64,000 bases of DNA from Acanthaster planci. Its lineage: Eukaryota. How positions within the stretch are numbered: position 1 is the first letter of the stretch; each line of letters begins with the position of its first letter. The stretch spans positions 1,071,976-1,135,975 of the forward strand of contig NW_019091359.1 of the NCBI RefSeq assembly GCF_001949145.1. Reading direction: 5' to 3'. The position numbers and the translations under genes are program-made. The notes below the pieces were generated by a model. It searched no databases. It was not told the origin of the DNA and was given only the letters and a program-made list of their open reading frames with translations. Shown here in pieces: positions 13,481-26,700 of the stretch.

Positions 13481-14365
13481 GTATGTCAATTAAAACTGCA
13501 AATTGCCTGTATAAATATTACATGTACAGTACGTATTTACTATTCCCAGAAGATTTAGTGGGCCTAAGCCAACGCGATTGACATGAATGGCAGGCAGCCT
13601 ACATGTACGTACATGTACTAGGATGTACATGTATGCTCGAGACTACGTCCGTAATTCAGTGTGCCAGGCCTACCACTCAGCACCGTGACCAGATATGAAT
13701 GTAAACTGAGACATGTCCCTGGGCTCGGTTAAGGAGGTCAGTATGGCTGACTGTAAGCCGTGTCGGCGCGTGGTCAGGTGGGAGAATGAATGAGAAGGCT
13801 CCTACAGTCCTAGTTCCTGTGAGTGAGTGTTACTTCTGATCAGTGAGGTTTTGACCATGTGTTTATAGATGTTTTGACAGGCCTTGCAGACAGCAATGTA
13901 CACACAGTGCTGCTTTTTATATAGGACCATGTTTAGGACAGTTTCGCTGTTGGGATTGCTAGAAATGAAAATGCTAGGAATTTCTCTGTTATCAGGAATA
14001 TTTCAGCCTCGGTCTATGGTCTAATGTTACATGTAAATTTTTACTACATCATGTACAACCTTACTCCTTAGACTCCCCCCCCTCCCACCTTTTAAAACAG
14101 ATTGTTTCCCTTGAAAAAGACTGCCGAGGCTGTAAAGGTACAGTAAGTTTGGACTGATACGTAAAGTACACATTATGTCAGTGTATCTAGAAAGATTTAA
14201 AATGAGTTAGAAACTACATGTACTGTCCATCACTTGCCTTGGACCTAAGTTTCACACACAACACCTAACAAGCTGGGCTTTTCTCAGCAGCAATGAAAAA
14301 CATGGTGCATGTATCTTACATTATTTTTGAAACAATATTTGAAGCATTACTCCTAAATGCATGAA

Positions 14366-14597
14366 ATGTGACCCCCTCTGTGAAAATGAGTCTTCAGTCA
14401 CCAGAGCCACTTTTGGACTTTTCATTTGTATTGGAAAGGGCAAATTGAGTTTTTTTGTTTGATGAAAGTGGATACTCCATGGTGAAAAACTCTGTGGGTT
14501 CCTGTTGATTTACACTGCGCAAAGTTATTCTAAAGGCCTTTTTACTCCAAAGCGGCTCTGGTGACTTAAGACTCATTTTTCACAGAGTGGGTCACAT
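14366..14597. mobile_element. MITE with ~50 bp terminal inverted repeats
   Basis: atgtgaccccctctgtgaaaatgagtcttcagtcaccagagcc ... ggctctggtgacttaagactcatttttcacagagtgggtcacat. Confidence 0.8.
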
Positions 14598-16872
14598 ATT
14601 TCCTTTCAGTTTCAACCATGAATGACTTTGTTGTTCTTTCCTCCATGCTTTCAACCACCCCACAGGTAAACAAAGGTGCATGTAAACAATTACATTCGTA
14701 CAACCCCAGCAATTTTACAGAATTCATGTTAAAACTGTCAAAGCTGAATGTTCGTTCAACTTTTAAATTCCCTCTGTTTGCTGCTGTAGGTTAAAAATTA
14801 CCGTTACTCTGTTGTACTGTATTTTAAAAAAGAAGGATGCTGATACGAGTGATCATGCCCTTTTTTTATGTAGCAACAACGACATCCCTTTGGCGGGCAT
14901 ACATGTATTTTGCATGCGGGCAAAGCTTTGTACACATGTGGATAGGTGGCACTGATGCTGTTTTAACATAAATGTACCCGTACATGGCAACCGGGAGGTT
15001 TTGGCTCCAGTAACGCACATTGGCATGTCACTGTGAGCCTGACTCAGTCCACTGCCCCAGTTTTGTTCAGTGCCTTGAAGGTGCTCATGTAATGGTTCTT
15101 GTGGCAGGCCCAACTGTGTTGATAAAGGCAAGCATTCCAGACTGTAAATATCCTACAGATTGATCATAAAAACGGGTGTGAGAATCTTGTTTTTCAGCTG
15201 ATTCTAGCTCTTTTTGTTTACGTAGATTTTTACTCAGAATTTCAGCTTTTTTTGTACAGGTGCAGGGATTTAAGGTTCCAGTTTGAATTTGAAGTTACGT
15301 TGTGGTAGGGGGGTTATTGAAAATAGTGCATGTACTTGAACATCAGTCATTACTGATGTTCGTACCATTCACAATGATGTTCTTCGCATTTCTCCTTGCA
15401 AATGTCACTTTTTTGTTTACTGTGGTTCCATTTTGAACTCTGTGTGTACATATTTCTTTTCACTCGGGTTTCATGACTCCAGCACTTACTGCTTGCCCAT
15501 GTTCTGGTTTTTTTTTTCACAGTGCTCTCCCCAAATTTAGTTGGGCATGCCTTACTCTGCACACTGCAGATGCTATTGGGGCCATCCCAAGTCAATGTAC
15601 ATGTAATGTACATGTACATCACACAGGTTCATGTACATGTACAATGTAGACTCTGGTCAGAGTTTGACCACTGGATAAAGTTGGGAGGTACAGGTACAGT
15701 AACTGGTCTCTTACCATGACTGTGGAGGACTCAGGAATGTGTCTCACAAAACATTTGACACATTCGAGGATGCATTCATGTAGTTGCTCAATTACATGGG
15801 GAATAAATACGGTATGTGCTTGATTGGTGTATTTGAGACTAGCTGAGGAGAATGGACGAATGCCCCAGCCACAGGTGAGGGCATTATCAGCGTTTGTCCT
15901 TCTGAGCCATCTTAAACATTAATTTAAGACTAACCAAGTACATATTTATTATCATTCAAATACGGTTTTAGTGAAAGAGTCAAAAGAAGTCAATATACAT
16001 GTATCCGTATGATAAATTGCCAAGGATTTTGGTCCAGAATTTTACTTTCATTTTCCCAAACATCCCCGTCCATTTTATGGTATATTCCTTGAGGAAGTAG
16101 TCCAGGAGAATCTCCTTTTATGGATTTCACACACGTGGTGAGTTCTGCATGCTACAGTGCACACAGACTCTTGACCAATAGGAATGGATTACATGTAAAT
16201 TGTCTCATACCCAGGTGCCAGAGCGTCTTTCGTACCATGCATTATCAAATCACAACGGGCATTATCTTATGTTAATTTATACATGGTCACATAGCGTGTT
16301 GTTGAATAGGGAAATATGTAAAATGTCACATTTTGAAAAAGGGAATCAAACATTCCTTGTACTCAGAATACTGAGGATACATGTACATCTCTTGTCAGTT
16401 GCACCAGTGTACAGAATTAAGATATTTATGGACACGTACATGTAGCTTTGGTTTCAGTAATATCCGGGCAAGGTGGCGAATTAAATCAGATACCTTGCCA
16501 GCTTCCTCATTTGCACCATGTACACATAGACATGCAAGCCCAAGGCAAATTTGTAAATCCCTTACTGAACTGATAGAGCATGTTTACAGTAGACTCCAGC
16601 TCATTCATCTGCCCGCATATTTACTCACATCTGTGTACCATTTATCGTGCGCTTAAACCCCTTGCTGAAATGGGTGTCAGTGGTTCTCACAGCCCTGCGC
16701 CATTTTGTGAACAAATTACCATTACATGTAAATGGACAAGGTACATGTACCGGAACTATAGCCTGCAGATTTTTCAAAACATGCAGTTTCAAAAAGACAT
16801 GTACCGGTACGTACAATATACAAAATGATCCTGCCTACATGTACTGTACATACATGTATTGTACCTAAATGT

Positions 16873-17332
16873 TAGGGCTGAATTACCAAATTCTGTCGAT
16901 TTTCAAATATTTGAATATTATTTTCCGAATTCGAATATTCGAATTCAGAATTTGTGAAAAGAAGGAAAAGTTTTGTTTTAAATGAGAAAAACTGCACTAT
17001 GGAGGCTTGTTTCAAGCAGATTCAAATGAAAAGCGACGGAAATCTTACAACGATTAAAAAAAAAGTAAATCATTAGACAATTTAAAAGGAATAGAAATTT
17101 TCAACTAGGCAAGAAGGACAGTATTGTTCATCTCTTAAATCTTGTTAAATCATGGCTGGAGATACCGATACTCCTAGATGTGAGAAGCTACTGGTATTAT
17201 ATTGATTATAATGTACAATAGTGTGCGTTACTGCAGCTGATTTTGTATATGTTTATTCATCAACAATCTGCCAGTCGGTACAACTGAATATTCGATTATT
17301 CAATCGAATTGAAGGTCGAATAACCCAGCTCC
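16873..17332 (+). mobile_element. hAT-like non-autonomous element, degenerate copy of 55663-56130
   Basis: Starts tagggctg, has gaatattcgaat subterminal repeats, and the interior (tggaggcttgtttcaagcagattcaaatgaaaag) matches the 55.7 kb copy. Confidence 0.8.
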
Positions 17333-19754
17333 AATGTATGGTACATGTACATGTTTTTTGTATACATGTACTAAAATTAAAAAAAATACTGGGAAGTACA
17401 GACCCTATACATGAATGTTAATGTACACATGTACATTGTACAAATGAATTGGTACAATGTACTGGTACTATGCTCGAGATTTATTGGTGTGGCATCCAGA
17501 TTCACAAAGTTGTTAAGCAGAACCAGTCTGGTACTGGTAGCCTGCTAACATTTTCTGTCGTTAGCAAATGTGGCTCTGCATCGTGCTGATTTAGCCTTCA
17601 GGTCCAAGTGATTTCCCACGCTTCCGTGGGCAGAACGCCCATTTCTCATGTAAGGCACCCCCCCCCCGGCCAATTACTGCAAGTGTCGCACATGGCGGTA
17701 GGCATTCCTAGGATTGAGAAATCACACGTGTGTGGCCCATTGAACTTTGAAAATGAGGACGTCAAAGCTGCGCCCGAAAATTGAATTGTGAATTATTTAA
17801 TGCCCCATGGAATTATGTGCACACAGAAGCTGTCACTTGAAAAATACATGTACATCTGCTTACCATTCTGCTGTACTTGTTTGTCTTTGGGGGAAAAAAG
17901 TACATAATGCAGGTAGCGGTGCATCTGTTCACAAAAAGGAATGTTACGTAGACATTAAAAATAAATTCTAAAGTGAGGGCCAGAAGTGGAATACCAGTAA
18001 ATCCCAGTTCTGTTGAAAAGAACTTCGGCAAGATAATGACTTTTAAAAATTGTCTCCAAGAAAAAAAGCAGGAGACATGGACAGCAATGCTGGTACCTGA
18101 AAATGTACAGAGTGTTTCAAGACAGTAAACATCACATACTCTGAATTTATGATGAGCAAACTACACGTACATGTACATGTATGATTTGCAAGCATGTACA
18201 TTGACTTTGTACACGCATTAACAAGTCACTGGTGTGTTAGTCATGCTGAAGTACTTCGTTAATGGTACATGTACATGTACATTGCTTTTCAGCTTTACGC
18301 CATATTTTTTTAAAACGCTGTGATGCAATATGTGCATACATGTAGCACTTCTTGCACACAACCTGTTTGTTTAAAAAATTTAAATATGGTGTTAAATCAG
18401 GATGAAAACTACTGTACTGTTGACACTTTCGTCAGAAAAGCATACTGTACAGGTACATACATGTACTGTATGTACTTACATGTGTACACATGTAAATGCT
18501 AACCCCATGTACATGTAAGGCACCCTGTGAAATGCAACTTAATTAAACTGCTGAAGCCGATTTTATTCCACTGTTCGGTGTATGCCATGCCACCTGCATA
18601 AACGGCCATTAAGTCCAAGAAGATTGCAAGGTGACTGCTGAATAGACCGATTGCGCCAGCTAAGTCATGTGACCTATAGTGGATATTAGACATCAACAAA
18701 CGCAGCGTCCACCCAAAGCAAAGTGTGTGAAGTAACATTTACCAAAAATAAAGCCGACTGTAAGCACCATACTCGGACTACTGATGTGCTGGGTGCTATC
18801 CTGTAACCTTGTTGTATTGCTCGTTAACAACACTCAAAACACACGTTGCTATGGGGTCGATACCCACTATACCGGTAGGTCATGTGATTTAGCGGACGTA
18901 ATCGGTCTATTGCATGAAGTGAGCAAAGCAGGGGACGGGAAATGATTCTCCTTATAAAAAGCAAAGAGTTGTATCCTTATGATCGTGGCTGACAGTACAT
19001 TAAAATTGAAGTCTGCAACACCGTTACATGTACCGGTAGGTAGAGTAGAAACAAGAGAAACCACTAGCTAGCAGCTGCTGCCACTTCCATTGCACACACA
19101 TGGATGCACAAGTCATGCACACAGACTTGCACATTGAACATGTTGAATGCAGCCTGGCTTCCACATAAAGGAAATCCTCACAACTGCAATTGATAAAGCC
19201 CCATCCAGTGGACATTTATTGGGTACCTGTAAGCTTCTGGTATTTCGTTTCTACTCCCAGGGCTTGACACCTTAACCCTTTAGTTGGACTGCCTACCCTT
19301 GTGGTCCGTTCTTGTGCGCATTCAGCACAAATTAGCCTGTGTAGTAACATACATGTGCCGGTACTTGTACATGTACTGTACATGTTACAGCTTTGACAAG
19401 AACAACCTCCCTAGAGGGTGCTATTTTCAAAGTCAAATTCTGCTTTTCTGTCTATTGAATTGGAATGACCTACAGTATTACATGTATTACATGTATTACA
19501 GGTATCAGTACACATCGGGCAGTGTTGGGTACTTGCACATTAAATCCTGCCAGCAAATGTACATGTACGATACTGGTGCATGCCGGTCACAAAATTTGGG
19601 CACTTTTTTTTTTAATTGAAGAACTGTACACCCTTAGTCGCTCATATTCTTCAAAACTCACAAGGAGAGATTGGAGGATTTTGTAGGAAATGTTGCACAT
19701 GTGTACATGGTGGAACTATTAATTTATGTGGGAACTTGAAGTACTGGTGTGCAT

Positions 19755-20042
19755 GTACAGGTTGGTGTAGTGGTTCTTTCCTAGCCTTCCACCTCTGCGG
19801 CCTGGGTTCGAATCCTGGCGCGGTCCACACGTGGATTGGGTTTTCAGTCCCTACCTGATTCTGTGGGTTTTACCAAGAATACTCCTCTGGGGTTTTCCTC
19901 CCACCTCTAAAACTGTAACTGCATCTCGCTGTCCCCTCTCTACAGATTTCTTCTGGCTTGGGAGCTACAGTACCATGGGCACTTTTGAGGAATCCTTGGT
20001 GTCATTATCAGAAATATATATAATAATGATAATAATAATAAT
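19755..20042 (+). mobile_element. tRNA-derived SINE
   Basis: A-box TGGTGTAGTGG (19763), B-box GGTTCGAATCC (19805), body with ggttttcctcccac and an (AAT)n tail at ~20020-20042. Confidence 0.75.
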
Positions 20043-20285
20043 GTACCACACAGACACACACAAACTTGTTTCACAAAACATACGTGTAGTGTGGACATTC
20101 CTTTCTTCTCTTGTGGTTCAGAAAGCTTGGGGAAAATATAAATGTACTCTTTTCTCCCACTGGGATAACTCCTTCGAGCTAGATGTTTGATGATGATTTC
20201 TTGGACTGTTCCTCTTCATTTTGCCCTGATAACGTTGTCCCCAAAATGCCTCTGAAGCTGGTTTTTTTTTTTTTTAGAGGGGGGG

Positions 20286-20420
20286 AAAACACTGCGTGGA
20301 TGTGTGCGAGTCCGCACAAGGTCTTGTAAACCTAATGTTCTTTTTGGGGACTTCTGTCTTGCAGAGGTCCACACTACTGTACATGCACATGTATGTATGT
20401 ATGCCACGCTTGTGCACAAA
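20286..20420 (+). repeat. Dispersed repeat, inverted copy at ~51230-51345
   Basis: aaacactgcgtggatgtgtgcgagtccgcacaa...ggacttctgtcttgcagaggtccacacta aligns with the reverse complement near 51.3 kb. Confidence 0.6.
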
Positions 20421-20763
20421 ATGCACCATGTGGGTTTATTCCTGCACAATGGAAGATTTTGTCGGGTTCACCTTCAGGAGCATTGTTTACAAACTACTGT
20501 ACATGTATGAAGGATGAACGGGGTTTCCTCTGTGCAGTAGATGCACATGTACTGTACATGTATGATATATACATTGTGCATGAACCGTTTAACATCCAGA
20601 CATCTGTGTTTGTAAGTCCGCTTTTTTCATGCAGTACTCATTTTGTTTTACTGTGCCTTCTTTTCACAGGTCCATGTACAGGGTACTGTAATTGTACTAA
20701 GGCTCTGATCCGGTCATCATTCAAACTCTTTGGCCGTAAGTTCTTCTATCCTATACTTCCAGC

Positions 20764-20794
20764 ATGCCTGTCGCCAGAGATGGTTCCAGCCAAG
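20764..20794 (+). CDS. MPP2: MPP first coding exon (MPVARDGSSQ + 1 nt, phase 1)
   Basis: ATG at 20764, donor caag|gtgagc; resembles the MPP2 N-terminus. Confidence 0.8.
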
Positions 20795-23700
20795 GTGAGC
20801 AGGCTATCCCAGGTGAGATGACCCAGCCCAGCCAGGGGCAAAGCTCACAATTGCATTTTGTTGCCGTTCTCCGTCCCAAACCCAACAAAATCCCACTTTT
20901 TCCACCAATGCATTCATTTGCTCAGCAGCATCTTTTACCCAGGCGCTCTGTCAAATTGGCCCCTGGCTCGCATTAGTTTATTCTTGAAATGCTTATCATT
21001 ACTACACCTGGGGCTTGGTGTATGACATTTTCTTTAGTCGCACTGCGCTTCAGAATTCTTCCAGTAACAGTTATAAGAGTGAGGACCTTGTAATATTTTC
21101 ACATACATGTACATGTACACCAACTCATTTCAAGGAATGGTGACGACAGCCAGGCCAGGCAGACAGTGATCAATCCGTTTAGCGCCACTACATTTTTCAT
21201 TACTACACCGAAAGTGACAGCCTTATCATCAACACTTTCTATATAAACGTGCACGGCAGCATCGATTTCATATCATCCTCAGAAACTGCTCGAGGAGAGC
21301 GTCCTTTTGCTGGGTACATCGTACATGTACATGTTGTTTTTCAACAGACCTTTCCCTCAGCACAATCAATTGCATTATCTAGCGGGTAAGTGTAGAGCTC
21401 CTTTCACAGAATGCATGGTGCATGATTGTGACTAATGTACACTGTACATGTTCATGTACCGGTAGCAGGTGTTTGTCCCTGATTCGTTTCTGGACTGCTT
21501 TCCCGACTCAAATCTTTCAGTGAATACATGTACCACACTTCACATCCATTCACCACATCTAGATTTTTCCCTCCTTTTGTTCTCAAGTGGCGCCATAAAT
21601 TAATAACTTCAATACAAAAATTACGGATACCATGAAACATTTGCCTCATTTGTATTCTTATTTACACCACTTGGGATACCCCCTTCTCTTTTGTAATGGT
21701 GGATGCCCCTCCCCCCTCATAAACTTGTGCTGGGTCTGCCACAAGTACAGAAGTACAATTCTATGAGTAACAGACTGACCTACACGTATACGGTATACAG
21801 GTATGTCGGTCAGTGTTTTGGAAGGGTTTTGACAATGTGTCCCACTCTGTCGCAAGTAAGTTGCATCATGTAGCGCTGTAGTCAAACTCCAGTGCCGTTT
21901 TTCCTTTGCCCCAGTCATAGAGATTTCTTTTGAAATGTGGACTTTGCAACAATCAAGTTCAGTTCAGTTCACTTTTATTTCCATTCTACTTAAGAAGTAA
22001 CTACATGTAGATGTGTATACAAAAGTACCTGTACATGTACATGTAAGTATGCAATTGATGGCACAAATGTGGAGGCACATTCTGTAAGCTGAAACTTACA
22101 CATGTACATGTACCGGTACATGTGTAGATATGCCTTTAAATAATAACTAAATTAACCCTAACAGTCCCAAATCCTCCAATTTCAATATGGTTTTACATAC
22201 ACGTACACCCTAGGGGGTTAGGGTTAAAGACACCCTGAATGATGAATTGAGTTACATACACTGTAGTAATCACAGATTAACACCTTTTCAACCTCTCCTT
22301 TTGGGTATAATGTGGATTTGTGAAATCATACATGAAATACATTGGTTGTTTTCCAGCATCACTGCCCAACAAGATCAGTTTCTGTGATTAGGATTATTGC
22401 CCTAATGGGAAAACTTAACAGTACAGCACTGTTGTGTATGCATGTACATGTATGTTGTAAAAGAAGGATTCCTCAAAGAGTGCTGGGCACCTCAGCTTTA
22501 AATTATAATGAAGTTTGAGAAAAAGCTTTGCAGAGAGCAGACTATGAATATATTTTCAGTTTTCATCTGAGTTTTCCCAACAGCAACGGTCCTACCGGTA
22601 GACCTGGTTAGCAGTGTTCCTTGGTTGCTCTGTTAATGAATCAATAATGTCAGTTACATGTATATTTATTTGCTGAAATTTTGTATGATTGATTAAATCA
22701 CATTGTGAAAACAAAGCCTCCCCTCCTGAGGTGCAAGAGGGAAGACATACTCTGCACATGAAACTCTCAAAGAAATTGTGGAATGAACACAGAAGTGGTC
22801 CTAATTAGCTGAAAGGAACATTACATGCATGTATTTGGATGATGCCTGTACGTGTGTGCATTGCAAAGGTGTGATATCACAAATGGTATTTCCTTAAGAT
22901 TTCCTCAGCTCCTGACAGACAGGTAACCACCTGCTTCTTTATCAGAATTGGAGTTGAGACAGTCACAAGACCAGACACAAGACCATGCATAAGTAACAGG
23001 GTGCGCAATGACTTAGGAATACTTTTGTTGCAGTTCATTTGAATAGCCTGTTTGAATTCAGACTGGACATGCTGGAGGTCTTGTGCTGGTGAGTGTCTTA
23101 AGCGGTCTCGGCTACAACACAGTTCTCTATTATTGTTTATTAAACCATTCATCAGAACAAGGACACCAGAACGAAAAGTAAGAAGTGACCATTTGATGAA
23201 TCAAAACTGCAGTCAACAAGGGAATGATTAATCAGTTGAAAACGTTGTGAAATTGCAGATCTAGTTGATATTATTCCCTGAGTATAAGTGAAGCTTTAGT
23301 GTCCCCTTTAAAACTGTCAGCCAGATGTTGCATTGAGTAAATCAACCTCCTTAGTTAGTAATGATAGGGTCAGAGGCTTGCATGGAATGCTGCAAGTACA
23401 TGCATAAAAGTATACATGTACTTGTACATGTGGGGGGGGGGACATGTACCTCATGTAGTCAAGCATTCCTTAAATTCAACTATAATTTTCCTAATTGGAC
23501 CACCATCTCACTGACTGGCATGCATGGCCCTGTGTAGAACTCAAGACCTTTGATGATGCGTGTCTGAGTACAGTGAGCTTCCATGTACTCTGTACATGTG
23601 CGTATTATCTTTGCCATGTAAGGTGCGGTAGATGTTCTTGCTTTTCAGGGACACATTTAAAAAACTGATGAATTTTGTACTCGTCTGTAAAATCATGCTT

Positions 23701-26700
23701 GCACATGTACAAATTTCTTGTATGTTTGATGTTTTACGTTTTTTTTTTTACAAATTTCTTTTAATGTAAAAAATCAATCATAGTATTGATTTCTATAAAG
23801 TATGTCGGAGTGTCTTTTACATGTAGGTGTTGATACAAGAACAAGGTAATGCAATTTATCATGGACACTGATCAATGCCACTTGTTGTTGATGTACATAG
23901 CTTTCCACTATTGTTGAATACATACAGTACAGTTGAGCCCAAAATTATTCATACATGTTCATGTACACTTCGGAAAATGCGACAGTTTGCTGTTGTCTTA
24001 AAACAATTGAACTGGACTGATGGTCAACCCAGGCACATAAAAACTAGTATATTCAAGTACATGTTTATTTCCTTTGCAAAAGTTCATCTGAGAGAAGCTT
24101 TTGGTTGTCAGTTCTATAGATGGTCTTTTGGTTGTAAATTCTCGACATGTACCGTAATTTGGAATGGGTATGAATAATGTTGGACTTACCAGGTACATGT
24201 AACTGTTTAACTGTACATGTACAGTACGGTTCATATGTCATGTACTGTACACTTGTTTTATAAACTACATGTAAATTATGTATATTGTACAGAATGTGCA
24301 CACCTGGCCGTAGTGGCTCTTTGGGAATGGTCATGTCCGTGTGTCTTTTCGTTGTTATTCCTGAAGTATGGAAAATACATGTACATGCATGTATACATTA
24401 CCTGGGGAGTTTGTCTGATAGTCAGCCTGTCTTGAATGCTACCAGTACAAGAGCAAGTGCTGAGTGATAGATGCACCATGTTCCTCTGGAGAGCTCTGGA
24501 GGATAACATGGAATTGGGGCACAGTACTGAATGATATACATGTACATGTACTGAACTACCAGTACATGGACATCAGAGATGAAAGAGAGCAGCCTTGTGT
24601 TTGACCACAGAGTCCGGTAATAAGCCTATGGTGTCGCTGTAGGAATGACTTTTCAGAATCATACATTTGTCAAGATGATGCATGCAGTCGAAGCACAAAC
24701 AGGGTAAACATGTATCCAAAAATGTATATTGTAGTTCAAGTACATGTTGATGAATGCCTTCGAGAAATTCCATAGGGAAAAATACAAATCGTTTCCTTGT
24801 TAAGGAAGACAATATGAAGCAGGTTTGGGGTCAGAGGTTAACTTTTTGTGAAACAAAAGTAATGAATTCTCAACGGCTTCAAAGTTTTGTGCCTTTGTGA
24901 ACCTGTTTAACATGCACAAGTGGTCTCGGGTTTGTGTTTTCATTTGGCAGAAGCCATGGATACTGTTGTCGGCAATCTTCACGACATTGGGAACTCAGCC
25001 CAGGCAGAGAGCGTTGATCTACTTTTCCTCAAGGAGGTAATGCAGGGACGAGTCCTGCAAAATCTTGTCAAGGTAATTTGCTCTTTGGTGCCCAAAACAC
25101 AAATTCGTTCTGCTGTTCAAACACAATGATACGGTATTTTACCTACAAGTGCAATGTGCGAGACCGAATTCAACAATATAATTTTGCATCTTTTTTTTTG
25201 CTTGGTTTTTTTTAACCTGGTGACATTGCAGATAACATAACTTAACAGGAGTTAGTGCTATCGCTTTCTTTCAACCAAGTGCTAATTTCATCACTTCATA
25301 TAATTTGATCGTTTAGCTTTTAGACAGCTGCAGATGGGTCCATTCTGTGTGCATAACCTCTGGGTGTACTTTGAGTTGATAAAATGCGCATTGGAAATAT
25401 AGTTTAAACTGCACGGTGAGAAAGAGAAAGCAGTGTATTCGTTACATGTACGTGTACTTATGTACTTATGTACTTATTCATCATAACCATGGAATATACA
25501 TGTATGATGTACATTTATGATGTGACCCTGCTTTGAGTATGTTAATGATACCTTCCGTAACCACGGCATTATTAACAGCTTTGTACACCATACATTATGC
25601 ATTGAAAACAAATGTACACGATTCATACATGTGATGTGTTAAACATCAAATATTTTATGACTGGCATGGATGCCCAATGCAGAGTTACTGTGTAATTATA
25701 CATCGTTCCGTCTGAATGAGAAAAAAAAATGTATTTATAAACTTTGTGAAAGGTGAGTGGATTCTGAGTGGGCAAGAGGGATGTTGTTTCCATGTTGAAA
25801 TGTATAGGTACATGTACATGTAGCGAAGCATGGCAGGGAATGTAAAGCAGATTTTGTATTAGTCAAGTCTTGTCTCATTCCTTTATATTTAATGTTTGTC
25901 TAGTCCTTGTCAGTGCCAGGTCGGGGTACAATAGCTTTTAGCTTCACCCACTTCCCTAGATGTTGCCCTCTGTTTTTGTGCGCAACTGTTAATATTAATT
26001 ATTCCATGTAATATTTTAACTGTTTAAATGCCTTTTGAGTCTAATAATGTGTATTTTTGTCTTTAAGTACAGCGATGTACTACCTATGTGTCTTTTTAAG
26101 GCAATGTTGAAATAAATGTGTGTGCACACAAACAGATTCAGAATAGAGCTACTTCCTTGTCGTGCGGGTGTCCTCTTTCTCGACAAATTTTGCTTGCTGT
26201 CACTTTTGCTTTTAAGGTGACAAATCATTTCACCCTAGTTTCTGCGGATGATCTTTGACCCAAAGGCCGAACTGAATCTTTCACATTTTTTTCTAGCTGT
26301 TAAAGCCTTAATTAGTTTGCGGCTGAAACGCTTCGCCATCTTTTGACAGGAGCTGTGCTGTATGTACGTGTACATGTATGTGTACATATGCCTTTGCCAG
26401 AAGATGTGCTGTATCTTCCAGAGCCAACCTCGTGTATAAAACCAATGGTGCAATCTTCGAGGTTGGACTTTCCAAAGGGCACTAAACACCATTTGAAGTA
26501 ATATTACTTGCCCTGTTCATTCTCCACCTGTAAATGCGTCATAATCTTCCAAAACCTATCGGTGGATTGTGAAGGATCTTGGAGGATTGGAGTTAATGAC
26601 AGATAGCAAACACTCTACATGATTGAGCTAAAACTTGGAACATGTACATGGTACATACACCCGAGGTATAGATTCTCCTCATGACTGCACAGTGAAGCTT

